Shown here in pieces: positions 1 to 8,780 of a stretch of DNA of 64,000 nt. Both the position numbers and the translations under genes were made by a program. The stretch's first letter is position 1. Each line of letters starts with the position of its first letter. Source of the stretch: Deltaproteobacteria bacterium YD0425bin51 (lineage in GTDB: Bacteria > Desulfobacterota > Desulfobacteria > Desulfobacterales > YD0425bin51); assembly GCA_002753225.1 (NCBI GenBank), contig PDZS01000021.1, positions 4,857 through 68,856 on the forward strand. The letters run 5' to 3'. The notes below the pieces were generated by a model. It had not been told where the DNA came from. It saw only the letters and a program-made list of their open reading frames with translations, and ran no database searches.

Positions 1-1
1 T

Positions 2-157
2 ACTGATACTGGCGCAACGATTTGTCAACTTGGTAGCTCTCAAGCTTCTGAGCCTGATAGAATTGACTTTGGTGATGGGTGTAGGTGCAAACCTTATATT
101 GATTTAAGCGATTGCACTTTAAACAATAACCACAAACTTAATATAGAACTTGCGTAA
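2..157 (+). CDS. 3' end of an upstream phage gene (unknown product, truncated by window edge)
   Basis: Frame 2 is open from the window start to TAA at 155-157 (..CQLGSSQASEPDRIDFGDGCRCKPYIDLSDCTLNNNHKLNIELA*). It lies directly upstream of the morphogenesis genes. Confidence 0.35.
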   Translation, partial: TDTGATICQLGSSQASEPDRIDFGDGCRCKPYIDLSDCTLNNNHKLNIELA

Positions 158-231
158 AGGAGGTGTATCAATTGAAAAAAGGAAAAGATAAAGACAAGAA
201 TAAAAGCAAAGGGAAGGGTAAAGGGTGTTAA

Positions 232-474
232 ATGGAAATTAGAATCTCGCCTCCTGAAAGGTGCTTAATTTGCTCACAAGAAACAAAAGACATGGATAAA
301 GACAACGCATGGCTATTTATAAATATTGGAATTCAGGGATTGATTTTCTTTTCCTGCCCGAAATGTCATGCAGTATATACAAATACCGAAGCTCTGCAAA
401 ATCTGAAAGATATTAAAGAGCATAGAGACAATAAAATAATATCGGCAATTCAAACGCCGAAACTCACTTTATAA
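232..474 (+). CDS. Small Zn-ribbon-like phage protein
   Basis: 80 aa with two Cys pairs (CLIC ... CPKC). Same strand and tight spacing with the scaffold gene. Confidence 0.55.
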   Translation: MEIRISPPERCLICSQETKDMDKDNAWLFINIGIQGLIFFSCPKCHAVYTNTEALQNLKDIKEHRDNKIISAIQTPKLTL

Positions 475-482
475 GGTGCTAT

Positions 483-1331
483 ATGGAACAAGAAGAAAAA
501 GAAGAGATTAAAGAAGAAACAGTTGAAGAAACTGCACAAACAGAAGAACAAGAAGAACAGCCAAAGGCTGAAGAAGAAGAACAAGAAGAACACGTTGAGG
601 AATCAACGCAGGAAGAAGAAGAGCAGGAAGAAGATATAAAGCAGGATACTACTACTTCTCACAATAAAAAACCAGCAAAAGAGCGTATAAGCCAATTATA
701 TGGTCAAATGAAAGCTGCACAAAGAGAGGTAGAATATTGGAAAACAAAAGCTTTAGGGGCTAAAGAAGAGCCAAAAGCTAAAACTGATACTGAAAAAGAG
801 CCTCATATAGATGAATATAAAGATTATGACGAATACATTAAAGCTATATCAAGCTATCATGCTAAGAAAGCCATAAATGAAGCACGTCAAAAAGAGATTG
901 AGCATAAAACTAAAAGCCAGCAAGAGCAGGAATTAGAATCTTTTAGAGAAAAATTGAATAGAGGCGTGACAAAATATGATGACTATGAAGAGATCATATA
1001 TTCACCAAAAACAATAATTTCTCAAGGCGTTGTTGATGCTATTCGTGATTCTGATATCCCAGATGAGATAGTTTATTATCTTGGGAAAAATCCAAAGGAA
1101 TCAGAACGAATATCTAAACTTCAAACCATATCATCAATAGCAAGAGAAATAGGAAAGATTGAGGCTAAAATTATGACTAAACCAAATGCAGAATATCAGA
1201 AAACAAAAGCTCCAAGTACTGTAAAAACAGTTGGTTCAAAAGAAAAAGGGAGTACAAAAAAAATAGAAGAAATGTCAATGGAAGAATACTACGAACATGT
1301 CAAAAAAAGAGATTATAATAAAATACAATAA
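483..1331 (+). CDS. Putative scaffolding protein (P22 gp8 position) with a hyper-acidic N-terminus
   Basis: 282 aa, lies immediately upstream of the coat gene. Predicted helical and charged throughout. The first ~57 aa are almost entirely Glu/Gln. Assignment is positional only. Confidence 0.55.
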   Translation: MEQEEKEEIKEETVEETAQTEEQEEQPKAEEEEQEEHVEESTQEEEEQEEDIKQDTTTSHNKKPAKERISQLYGQMKAAQREVEYWKTKALGAKEEPKAKTDTEKEPHIDEYKDYDEYIKAISSYHAKKAINEARQKEIEHKTKSQQEQELESFREKLNRGVTKYDDYEEIIYSPKTIISQGVVDAIRDSDIPDEIVYYLGKNPKESERISKLQTISSIAREIGKIEAKIMTKPNAEYQKTKAPSTVKTVGSKEKGSTKKIEEMSMEEYYEHVKKRDYNKIQ

Positions 1332-1343
1332 GGAGAAAATACA

Positions 1344-2600
1344 ATGAGTAATACGTTTATAAATCCTTCTATAGTAGCGAAAGAAGCTTTGGCACAATTA
1401 AAGAATAATTGTGTTATGGCTAATTTAGTGCATAGAGGTTATGAGGAAGAATTTAAAAAAACATCTAATGGTTATAAAATAGGGGATACTATAACAATTA
1501 AAGCTCCTGTTCAATTTAGGGTAAAGGATGGAGCAACTCTTGACGGTGTTGATTTGTTAGAAAGGTCAACTACTTTACAAGTTAATTTTCACAAACACGT
1601 TGCATGGACTGGAACCGTTCACGAGTTAACTCTAAATATTGATAAGTTTAGTGAAAGATTTTTAAAACCAGCTATGCAGGCTTTAGGTAATTATGTAGAT
1701 ATGACATTACTTGGATTATACAAAGGGATTGCTAATCAAGTTGGAACTCCTGGAACAACGCCAAGCGATTTCTATACATTTGCCCAGGCTGCAGCAAGAC
1801 TTGACGAGGAGGCATGTCCTCAAGACAATAGACATTGCGTAATTGACCCACAGTGTCAAGCAAAAATGGCAGATAGTTTAAAAGGATTGTTTCATCAAAC
1901 TATGGTTGGTGATGCTGTGACCAAAGCGCAAATAGGTGAAATAGCAGGTTTTAAAACATATAAGAGTCAAAATGTTGCAACTCATACTTGCGGAACATGG
2001 GCAGGAAGTGCAGCAGTTCTAGTAGATCAAGTTGTTTCAGAAGGTGCGACAACTATCAATTTTGATCAGAATGGAGCTGGAAGCGCATTGACGATCAAAG
2101 AAGGTGATATTTTTACAATTGATACAGTTTATTCCAATAATCCTATATCAGGAACTTCAACTGGAAGTTTAAGGCAATTTGTAGCAACTCAGGATACAGC
2201 TTTTGCTGATGTAGGCGGTGGCGATTATAATATTGCTCCAACAATTATGCCAGGAACTGCTCCATATGCAATATATTCTGAAAGTGCTGCTGAAAAATAT
2301 CTTCCGTATCAAAATGTATATGGTCTTCCTGCCAATAATGACGCTTTAACTATTGCTGGTAGTGCAAGTTTACAGCACAAAGTTAATCTTGCATTTCATA
2401 AGAACTGCTTAGGTCTTGTAATGGTACCGCTTACAATGCCTGCATCAGTTTCTTGGGGTGCGCAAGAAACCTATGACGGTTTTTCAATAACAGTAGTAAG
2501 AGATTTTGATATTACAAATTATCAAGAAATAATTCGTTTTGATATTTTATTTGGAGTTAAAGTTTTAAATCCTTTACTTGGCTGCCGTATAGCTGGATAG
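1344..2600 (+). CDS. Major capsid (coat) protein, P22-coat-like family
   Basis: 418 aa. The N-terminus FINPSIVAKEALAQLKNNCVMANLVHRGYEEEF..GDTITIKAP matches my recollection of proteins annotated P22 coat protein-like. It sits between the scaffold and head-completion genes. RBS AAGGAG lies upstream. Confidence 0.75.
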   Translation: MSNTFINPSIVAKEALAQLKNNCVMANLVHRGYEEEFKKTSNGYKIGDTITIKAPVQFRVKDGATLDGVDLLERSTTLQVNFHKHVAWTGTVHELTLNIDKFSERFLKPAMQALGNYVDMTLLGLYKGIANQVGTPGTTPSDFYTFAQAAARLDEEACPQDNRHCVIDPQCQAKMADSLKGLFHQTMVGDAVTKAQIGEIAGFKTYKSQNVATHTCGTWAGSAAVLVDQVVSEGATTINFDQNGAGSALTIKEGDIFTIDTVYSNNPISGTSTGSLRQFVATQDTAFADVGGGDYNIAPTIMPGTAPYAIYSESAAEKYLPYQNVYGLPANNDALTIAGSASLQHKVNLAFHKNCLGLVMVPLTMPASVSWGAQETYDGFSITVVRDFDITNYQEIIRFDILFGVKVLNPLLGCRIAG

Positions 2601-2611
2601 GAGGGTATAAT

Positions 2612-4954
2612 ATGAATAACAACTTTTTAAAACACATTCTTCTAGTGTTTTTAGTCTTTGCTGTAGCTTTTCAACCTTATGTACTGGTTGCAGGTACTCA
2701 AGACAGATTTTCTAAAATAGAGCTGACAACTAATAATTATGCAGAGTTTCCGCAGATATCTGCGCCAACTGGTAATCCTAAAAGTAATACTGGATGGTTA
2801 TATGTAAAAGATAATGCTGGTACTACTAATATTTATTTTGAAGATGACGGAGGAACTGTCACCAATTTAATGAGTCCTACAGTGTCAACTGCATGGGATG
2901 ATTTAGGCGCTCCTGATGCCAATAAGACTCTATCTTTTGGGACTTATACTTCAATGATGACAGGAGCTGGAACTGCTGCAGACCAGTTTACTTATAGAGG
3001 AACTGGTGATTTTGGAGATGTTTCAATATTTAAAGTTCAGCAGGCAACAGGTAATCCTACAGATGGAACAGTATTTGAAATTGATCAAACTGATACAGAT
3101 TGCGATCCGTTTTTAGTTACAGTTGGAGGCGTTCAAAAAGTTTTAATGTCTCCTGATGGAAGTATCACAAGCGCTGGTACAGTAACAGGAGCAAATCTTG
3201 TTGTTTCAGGAACTGCTACAATTGGAACATTATCACAAAATGCAGTAACTGCAGCAACAACCAATCAAACTCTTGCTTTAAATGGGAATGGCGTTGGTGG
3301 TGTTAATATCGGATCTGTTAGCACTGGAGGCGTAACTTTAGGCGCATCAACAACCGTTGCTGATGGGAAAGATGTAACAATTGGCGAAGGTTCTTTGACT
3401 ATTGATAATGACCAAACCACTGAGACAGCTTTAACTATAACTTCTGATGCTACCACAAGCGGTGGCGGTATAAATGTTACGTCTGCTGTTACCACAACTA
3501 ATGGCAAAGCTATATCTGTTACTGCTGACGGAGTTACAACAGGCGATGTTGTATATCTTAATTCAAGTGCCGCTGGAATGACTACAGGCAATTTTATCAA
3601 TTGCTATGATGGCGCTGCTTCAATATGGAAAGTAGGTCTATACGGAGCAACTACAATTGCTGGTAATGCCGCAACTGATATTATGACAATAACCGCTGGT
3701 AATTTACAAATGACAGCGGGCAACATTGACGTTGATGAGGGTAAAATTGAAGTTGATACAGCAATAGATCAGACAAGTTATGTTAAGAGAAATCAAGGCA
3801 CAACCACAAGCCCAGTATTTGAGATAGAAGAGACAAATACTGCTGCTGATAATCCAGCATTGTTAATTGACCAGAAAGCAACGGCAGCGGGTTCATATGG
3901 CTTAGAAATTCAAAGCGGTGGCGGGAATGCTATCAACTTAACAGATTTGGCTGCAACTGGTGATGGGCTTGTTGTTAGCACAGCAAATTCATATACAGGG
4001 CAAATCTTTAAAGTAAGCGATACATTGGTTGGAACAAGCGGAGAAGGAATTGTTGACATTCATACAACTGCAAATCAGGCAACTGGTTCAACTCTAATGA
4101 GATTAGATTCTGATACAGGTACTCTTGCAGGGGCAACAGACGGGTTTTTGCTTAATATAGATGATGATTCAGGCGCACAAGCGACAAGTTATGCCGTCAA
4201 AATTGACTCAGCAAGTAACGAGGCTTTACATGTTGCTACAGGTAAAGCTTTATTTGATGAAAAACCTACATTCACATCTGGAATAGAAGCTAACGGAGCA
4301 TCAGAATTCCAATTTGATGGCAATACAGAAACTATGACAGTAACTGCTGCAACTAATGCCTATGCTGCTGGTTCTGCTATGATTTATGTTTATAATGCTG
4401 CTGCAACTGGCCAAACAAACTCAACATATCTATTGAGATTAGCTTATAAGGCTGACGGTGACGCTCAAGATAACTTTATTTTATGTCAAGACAATTCAAC
4501 TGGCGCTCTTGGGAATGGCGATGAGATGTTTAAGGTTGATGCTACTGGTGCTACAACTATAGCAGGCATTTTAACAGCAAATGGAGATATTGTTGGCGAT
4601 GGTGGGGATCAATTAACTGGATTCTTACATACTCTTGTTAATGATGCTGATGGAGATACCTTAGCAATCACAGAGTCTGGAACAGTAGAAACAAACGCAA
4701 GCGCAGTTGGTGGCGGAATTTATAACCTTCCTGAAGCTTCAACAGCAATAGGTATGGAATTTACCCTTGTTGTCATGGCTTCTCAAAATATGGATATCAA
4801 TCCTGATGATGGTGATAAAATTCTTGGTCTTACTGATGCTTCAGGTGATGCTGTTCGGAATTCTACGGTTGGAAATACACTTACATTGATTGCAGTTGAC
4901 GCTACAAATTGGGTGGTAAAAAGCAATTACGGAACTTGGACAGATGTAAACTAA
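2612..4954 (+). CDS. Thr/Gly/Ala-rich repetitive fibre-like structural protein (head fibre/decoration candidate)
   Basis: 780 aa with a hydrophobic signal-like N-terminus (ILLVFLVFAVAFQPYVLVAG). Composition is beta-helix/fibre-like. Recurrent motif (I/M)(W/F)KV...G(A)TTIAG. RBS GGAGGG lies upstream. Confidence 0.6.
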   Translation: MNNNFLKHILLVFLVFAVAFQPYVLVAGTQDRFSKIELTTNNYAEFPQISAPTGNPKSNTGWLYVKDNAGTTNIYFEDDGGTVTNLMSPTVSTAWDDLGAPDANKTLSFGTYTSMMTGAGTAADQFTYRGTGDFGDVSIFKVQQATGNPTDGTVFEIDQTDTDCDPFLVTVGGVQKVLMSPDGSITSAGTVTGANLVVSGTATIGTLSQNAVTAATTNQTLALNGNGVGGVNIGSVSTGGVTLGASTTVADGKDVTIGEGSLTIDNDQTTETALTITSDATTSGGGINVTSAVTTTNGKAISVTADGVTTGDVVYLNSSAAGMTTGNFINCYDGAASIWKVGLYGATTIAGNAATDIMTITAGNLQMTAGNIDVDEGKIEVDTAIDQTSYVKRNQGTTTSPVFEIEETNTAADNPALLIDQKATAAGSYGLEIQSGGGNAINLTDLAATGDGLVVSTANSYTGQIFKVSDTLVGTSGEGIVDIHTTANQATGSTLMRLDSDTGTLAGATDGFLLNIDDDSGAQATSYAVKIDSASNEALHVATGKALFDEKPTFTSGIEANGASEFQFDGNTETMTVTAATNAYAAGSAMIYVYNAAATGQTNSTYLLRLAYKADGDAQDNFILCQDNSTGALGNGDEMFKVDATGATTIAGILTANGDIVGDGGDQLTGFLHTLVNDADGDTLAITESGTVETNASAVGGGIYNLPEASTAIGMEFTLVVMASQNMDINPDDGDKILGLTDASGDAVRNSTVGNTLTLIAVDATNWVVKSNYGTWTDVN

Positions 4955-4969
4955 AAAGGATTTAACTTA

Positions 4970-5665
4970 ATGCAAGCACAAACTATAATTAAGGCTGCTT
5001 TAAGGGTTGCGGGAGTTATCGCTACTGGCGAGACTCCCAGCAATGATGAATTACAAGATGGGTTAGAATCTCTTAATATGATGCTAAGAAACTGGTTTAG
5101 TGATAGCGTCAATGTTTTTACATTGATTAAAGAAAGTTTTACCCTATCAAGTGGGACTGCTGAATATACCATAGGAACAGCAGGAACTTTTAATACTGAT
5201 AGACCATTATCAATCAATCAAGCGTTTATAAGAGATTCTAACTATGACTATGAATTAAATATTGTTTCTGGTTTAGAATATTGGAAAATATTCAATAAGG
5301 CTTTACAAGGAAGACCTGAATATTTGATGTATAAGCCAGAAACGCCATTGGGTAAAGTATATCTTTTTTATACTCCTGATTCAAATTATAGCCTTCATTT
5401 AGTATCTCAAAAGCCTTTAGACGATTTATCTGGAATTACTTCAACAACTGAATTTCCATCTAATTATGACGAGGCTATGAAATGGAATTTGGCGATGAGG
5501 CTTATGCCTGAATATGGAATAGCTGTATCACCAGAAATAGTTAAGTTTGCAAGCGATTCTTATAATAGAATCACAAGCCTTAACGCATCTTTGCAAGTGG
5601 CTCCTGTATCTTTTGAGATTGATAGAAACAGTAGGTATAACAGAACTAATATTTTTACAGGTTAA
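4970..5665 (+). CDS. Head-to-tail adaptor / head completion protein (P22 gp4-like; T7 gp11-like N-terminus)
   Basis: The N-terminus IIKAALRVAGVIATGETPSNDELQDGLESLNMMLRNW parallels P22 gp4 LVRAALRKLGVASDATL..DAVDDLEAMMAEW (from memory). Gene order is consistent. Confidence 0.65.
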   Translation: MQAQTIIKAALRVAGVIATGETPSNDELQDGLESLNMMLRNWFSDSVNVFTLIKESFTLSSGTAEYTIGTAGTFNTDRPLSINQAFIRDSNYDYELNIVSGLEYWKIFNKALQGRPEYLMYKPETPLGKVYLFYTPDSNYSLHLVSQKPLDDLSGITSTTEFPSNYDEAMKWNLAMRLMPEYGIAVSPEIVKFASDSYNRITSLNASLQVAPVSFEIDRNSRYNRTNIFTG

Positions 5666-5670
5666 TAATA

Positions 5671-7071
5671 ATGCAAATCAATTTTATAACAAATAAGCCA
5701 GCCTTAGACGGAAGTTATAATGTTAATTTATATCTTATTTCTGAGGCTGAAAATGGGAGACCAGCATTAAGAAAAACTCCAGGGCATACATTAAAAGTTA
5801 CTCCTGATGAAGATGTGGAAGTTAGGGGCATGGTTGTCATGGGCGAATATCTTTATGCTGTTTGTGGCAATACTTTTTATAAGATTGATTTGACATTTAC
5901 TGCAACAAGTTTAGGCACGTTAAATAGTTCAACAGGTAAAGTCTGGATAGTTGCAAGTGATACTTCTATCATGATTGTTGATAACGGGGGAGACGGTTAT
6001 TATTATAACAGTGGTGTTGCAAGCTTAACTCAAATAACTGATGCTGACTTTCCAAGTAATGTTAATTCAGTAACATTTCAAGACGGTTATTTTATAGTAA
6101 CTAAAACTGATACTAACGATTTTTATATATCTGCAATAGATAATCCTGCTTCATGGGCGGTTGCTGATACCGATGAAGTTGAGGGAGATTACAGCTATTT
6201 AAAAGGCGTTATTTCAGTCAATAGACGGCTTTTGTTTTTGGCTGAAAAGTCAATGCAATGGTATTACAACAGTGGCAATGCTGACTTTCCCTTTGAACCT
6301 ATAGGCGGTTCATATCAAGACTTAGGCATATTTGCTCCTAACTCTCCTGCTTTACTTGATAGCTCGGTTTATTTTCTTGATTCTAAAAAAAGAGTGGTAA
6401 GAACTGCAGAGTTTTCATATCAAGTGATATCAACAGAGCAAATCAATAAAAAAATATCAAGTTATGCACATCCTGAAACAGCCATAGGTTATGGGCTACA
6501 TTGGCAAGGGCATATTTGGTATGTCATAGTTTTTCCTGATGACGATATAACTTGGGTTTATGATGTAACAACTGAAAATTGGCATCAATGGGCAAGCGGG
6601 GTTGATGAGGGACGGCATAGAAGCAATTGTTATGTATTCTGGCAGGAACAAAATAAACATTTAATCGGTGATTATGCAAACGGAAATATTTGCGAGCTTG
6701 ATAATAGCTATACTGATAATGGCAGTTCTATATTATGGCAAAGGACAAGCGGTTCTATTTATCAGGATAATAAAAGAATTGTTTTTAATTATTTTCAAGC
6801 GGATGTAAAGACAGGCACAGGTTTAATATCTGGGCATGGAATTGATAATTTAGAGCCTCCATATTGTATCTTGCAATGGTCAGACGATGACGGGCGAACA
6901 TGGTCAAATGAGCATTGGGGAAGTTATGGCAAAATAGGAGAATATAAAACACGGGTTAAGTTTAATCGTTTAGGAGTATCAAGGCGTAGAATATTTAGGC
7001 TCAAAGGTACAGAGGACACTGAATTTGAAATTTATGGGGCTTTTTTAGAAGCTCAAATGGGCAGGAATTAA
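5671..7071 (+). CDS. P22 gp10-like tail hub / packaged-DNA stabilisation protein
   Basis: 466 aa, compared with 472 aa for P22 gp10. Shared patterns recalled from gp10: LRKTPGHT / LRSFPGIT, LYAVCGNTFYKI / VYRVCGGKLYK, and C-terminal VKFNRLGVSRRRIFRLK / VLWKRVGRIRRLIGFKL. Confidence 0.65.
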   Translation: MQINFITNKPALDGSYNVNLYLISEAENGRPALRKTPGHTLKVTPDEDVEVRGMVVMGEYLYAVCGNTFYKIDLTFTATSLGTLNSSTGKVWIVASDTSIMIVDNGGDGYYYNSGVASLTQITDADFPSNVNSVTFQDGYFIVTKTDTNDFYISAIDNPASWAVADTDEVEGDYSYLKGVISVNRRLLFLAEKSMQWYYNSGNADFPFEPIGGSYQDLGIFAPNSPALLDSSVYFLDSKKRVVRTAEFSYQVISTEQINKKISSYAHPETAIGYGLHWQGHIWYVIVFPDDDITWVYDVTTENWHQWASGVDEGRHRSNCYVFWQEQNKHLIGDYANGNICELDNSYTDNGSSILWQRTSGSIYQDNKRIVFNYFQADVKTGTGLISGHGIDNLEPPYCILQWSDDDGRTWSNEHWGSYGKIGEYKTRVKFNRLGVSRRRIFRLKGTEDTEFEIYGAFLEAQMGRN

Positions 7072-7075
7072 TTAA

Positions 7076-8296
7076 ATGGCTGATGCAAAAAAACCTCCAT
7101 TTTGGACACAAAACATAAATGATAGGGTTTGGCAGGAAACGTTTCTTGATTGGGTGAAAAATATCAATGATAGAATTTCTAAGCTTGAAACTGCTATTGC
7201 TGGAAACGTTGCTATATTTGACTCTGACGGAGGTGTTGCAGATGGTGGAAAAGTTTTGCCTTCTGGCGCTATTGTTGGCACTACAGATACACAGACTTTA
7301 ACTAATAAAACTTTAACAAGTCCTGTTTTAACTACTCCAACAATTGCAAGCTTTGTTAATGCCAATCATAATCATCAAGCAAGTGCAGGAGGTGGAACTC
7401 TTGATCATGGTTTGGCTTTAACTGGTCTTGGGGATGATGACCATACGCAGTATCATAATAATACTCGTGGGGATGCAAGATACTACCAAAAGACTGAGTT
7501 TGTAGCTTCGTCAGCAGGTGCAACTGATGCAGGCAAACCTATAAAGCTTGATGCTGGAGGGCTTATTGACGCCAGCATGATTGATGATTCTGATATTGAC
7601 CATGGAAGCATTGGAGGTTTAGCAGATGACGATCATACGCAATATGTTTTAGCAAACGGCACAAGAGATATCCAATTTAGTTCAGATAGCTTTGGAATTG
7701 GTAATGTTTCAGGCGGTAATTATTCAGAATTTGAAGCAGACGGGACATTAAAATTTAATGGCAATGCTACAGTTTGGGAAGATTTAAGATTTCCATTATC
7801 TATAGCTAAAATTCCTGCTGTATCTGCTCCAAGTTGGACAAAAATAGCAGATAACGGCGCAGGGTCAACTGGTGTATATGCTTACAATTTTTCAGATGGT
7901 GAATATGTTTTTTTCACAGTTCAAATTCCACATGCAAGAAAGCCAGATTCTTCAATATACCCTCATATACATTTTGCAACAACAAGCGATGTTGATCCAT
8001 CTGATAATTTTGGAATAGGTTTGGAATATTTTTGGATTGATATTACTGGGACATTTAGCAATACAACAATAATCACAAAAGATATTGCAACAGGTGTAAA
8101 CAGTAGTAAAAAGCATCAAATAGGCTCTTTTGATGCAATAGTTGGAACTGGAAAAGGGATATCAAGCGTTTTAGTGTGTAGATTATTTAGACAAGCTGCA
8201 GGAAGTGACAACTACGCAGACGATGTAACAATATTTGATATAGATTTCCACTATGAAATTGACACAGTGGGAAGCAGGACGGAAACAGCAAAGTAA
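7076..8296 (+). CDS. Tail needle/fibre protein with C-terminal knob
   Basis: 406 aa in the gp26 position. Has a short N-terminal coiled coil (NDRISKLETAIAG), the fibre motif TQTLTNKTLTSPVL, and two copies of GL.DDDHTQY, which is common in phage fibre proteins. Confidence 0.6.
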   Translation: MADAKKPPFWTQNINDRVWQETFLDWVKNINDRISKLETAIAGNVAIFDSDGGVADGGKVLPSGAIVGTTDTQTLTNKTLTSPVLTTPTIASFVNANHNHQASAGGGTLDHGLALTGLGDDDHTQYHNNTRGDARYYQKTEFVASSAGATDAGKPIKLDAGGLIDASMIDDSDIDHGSIGGLADDDHTQYVLANGTRDIQFSSDSFGIGNVSGGNYSEFEADGTLKFNGNATVWEDLRFPLSIAKIPAVSAPSWTKIADNGAGSTGVYAYNFSDGEYVFFTVQIPHARKPDSSIYPHIHFATTSDVDPSDNFGIGLEYFWIDITGTFSNTTIITKDIATGVNSSKKHQIGSFDAIVGTGKGISSVLVCRLFRQAAGSDNYADDVTIFDIDFHYEIDTVGSRTETAK

Positions 8297-8309
8297 AAAG
8301 GATTTTAAT

Positions 8310-8777
8310 ATGATAATAAGAAAAGCAGAATTAAAAGATATAAATGATATAGTAAAATTAGGCTTTTTGGAGTTTTTAGAAGAACATTGCTTTGAGACAG
8401 GGCAAGATTTTAGCTATAAATCTGTTTCTAAAAATTTAGAAGTAATTATAAATAATGAAAATATTGGTTTTGTCATGGTTGCAGAGACAGAAATAGAAAG
8501 TTCTAAAATAATAGGTTTTATTTTAGTTCAATATAGCTGTTTTATCTTTAGCCGTCAGGTTATAGCGCATGAAATAGGCTGGTATATTATACGTGAATAT
8601 AGGGGCAAAGGGGCAGGAGGTTCATTGATAAAAAAAGCTATGGATGAAGTTAAAGAAAAAGGAATAACTATTTTATCTTTAGGGATGGCTTTTAAAAATG
8701 GATCTGAGAATCAATCTTTAATGTATCAAAAATATGGATTTAAACCTTTTCAATCTTTTTGGTTTAAGGAGTTATAA
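8310..8777 (+). CDS. GNAT-family N-acetyltransferase (moron inside the structural module)
   Basis: Acetyl-CoA-binding motif REYRGKGAGGSLIKKAM and C-terminal YQKYGF. I trimmed the start to ATG 8310, preceded by AAAGGA. The track start at 8253 overlaps the fibre gene. Visibly more AT-rich than its neighbours. Confidence 0.75.
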   Translation: MIIRKAELKDINDIVKLGFLEFLEEHCFETGQDFSYKSVSKNLEVIINNENIGFVMVAETEIESSKIIGFILVQYSCFIFSRQVIAHEIGWYIIREYRGKGAGGSLIKKAMDEVKEKGITILSLGMAFKNGSENQSLMYQKYGFKPFQSFWFKEL

Positions 8778-8780
8778 AAA

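Noticed and set aside
3265-3600. 111-aa minus-strand ORF inside the 780-aa fibre gene
   Set aside because: It is antisense to a long, compositionally biased gene (Thr/Gly/Ala codons read as Val/Pro/Thr on the other strand). It has no RBS and no motif. It is an artefact of the repeat composition.
4951-5217. 88-aa minus-strand ORF overlapping the fibre/adaptor junction
   Set aside because: It is fully antisense to well-supported plus-strand phage genes and has no independent signal.
7072-7365. 97-aa minus-strand ORF at the start of the needle/fibre gene
   Set aside because: It is antisense to a supported gene in a unidirectional phage operon. Its hydrophobic, low-complexity translation is typical of a shadow ORF.
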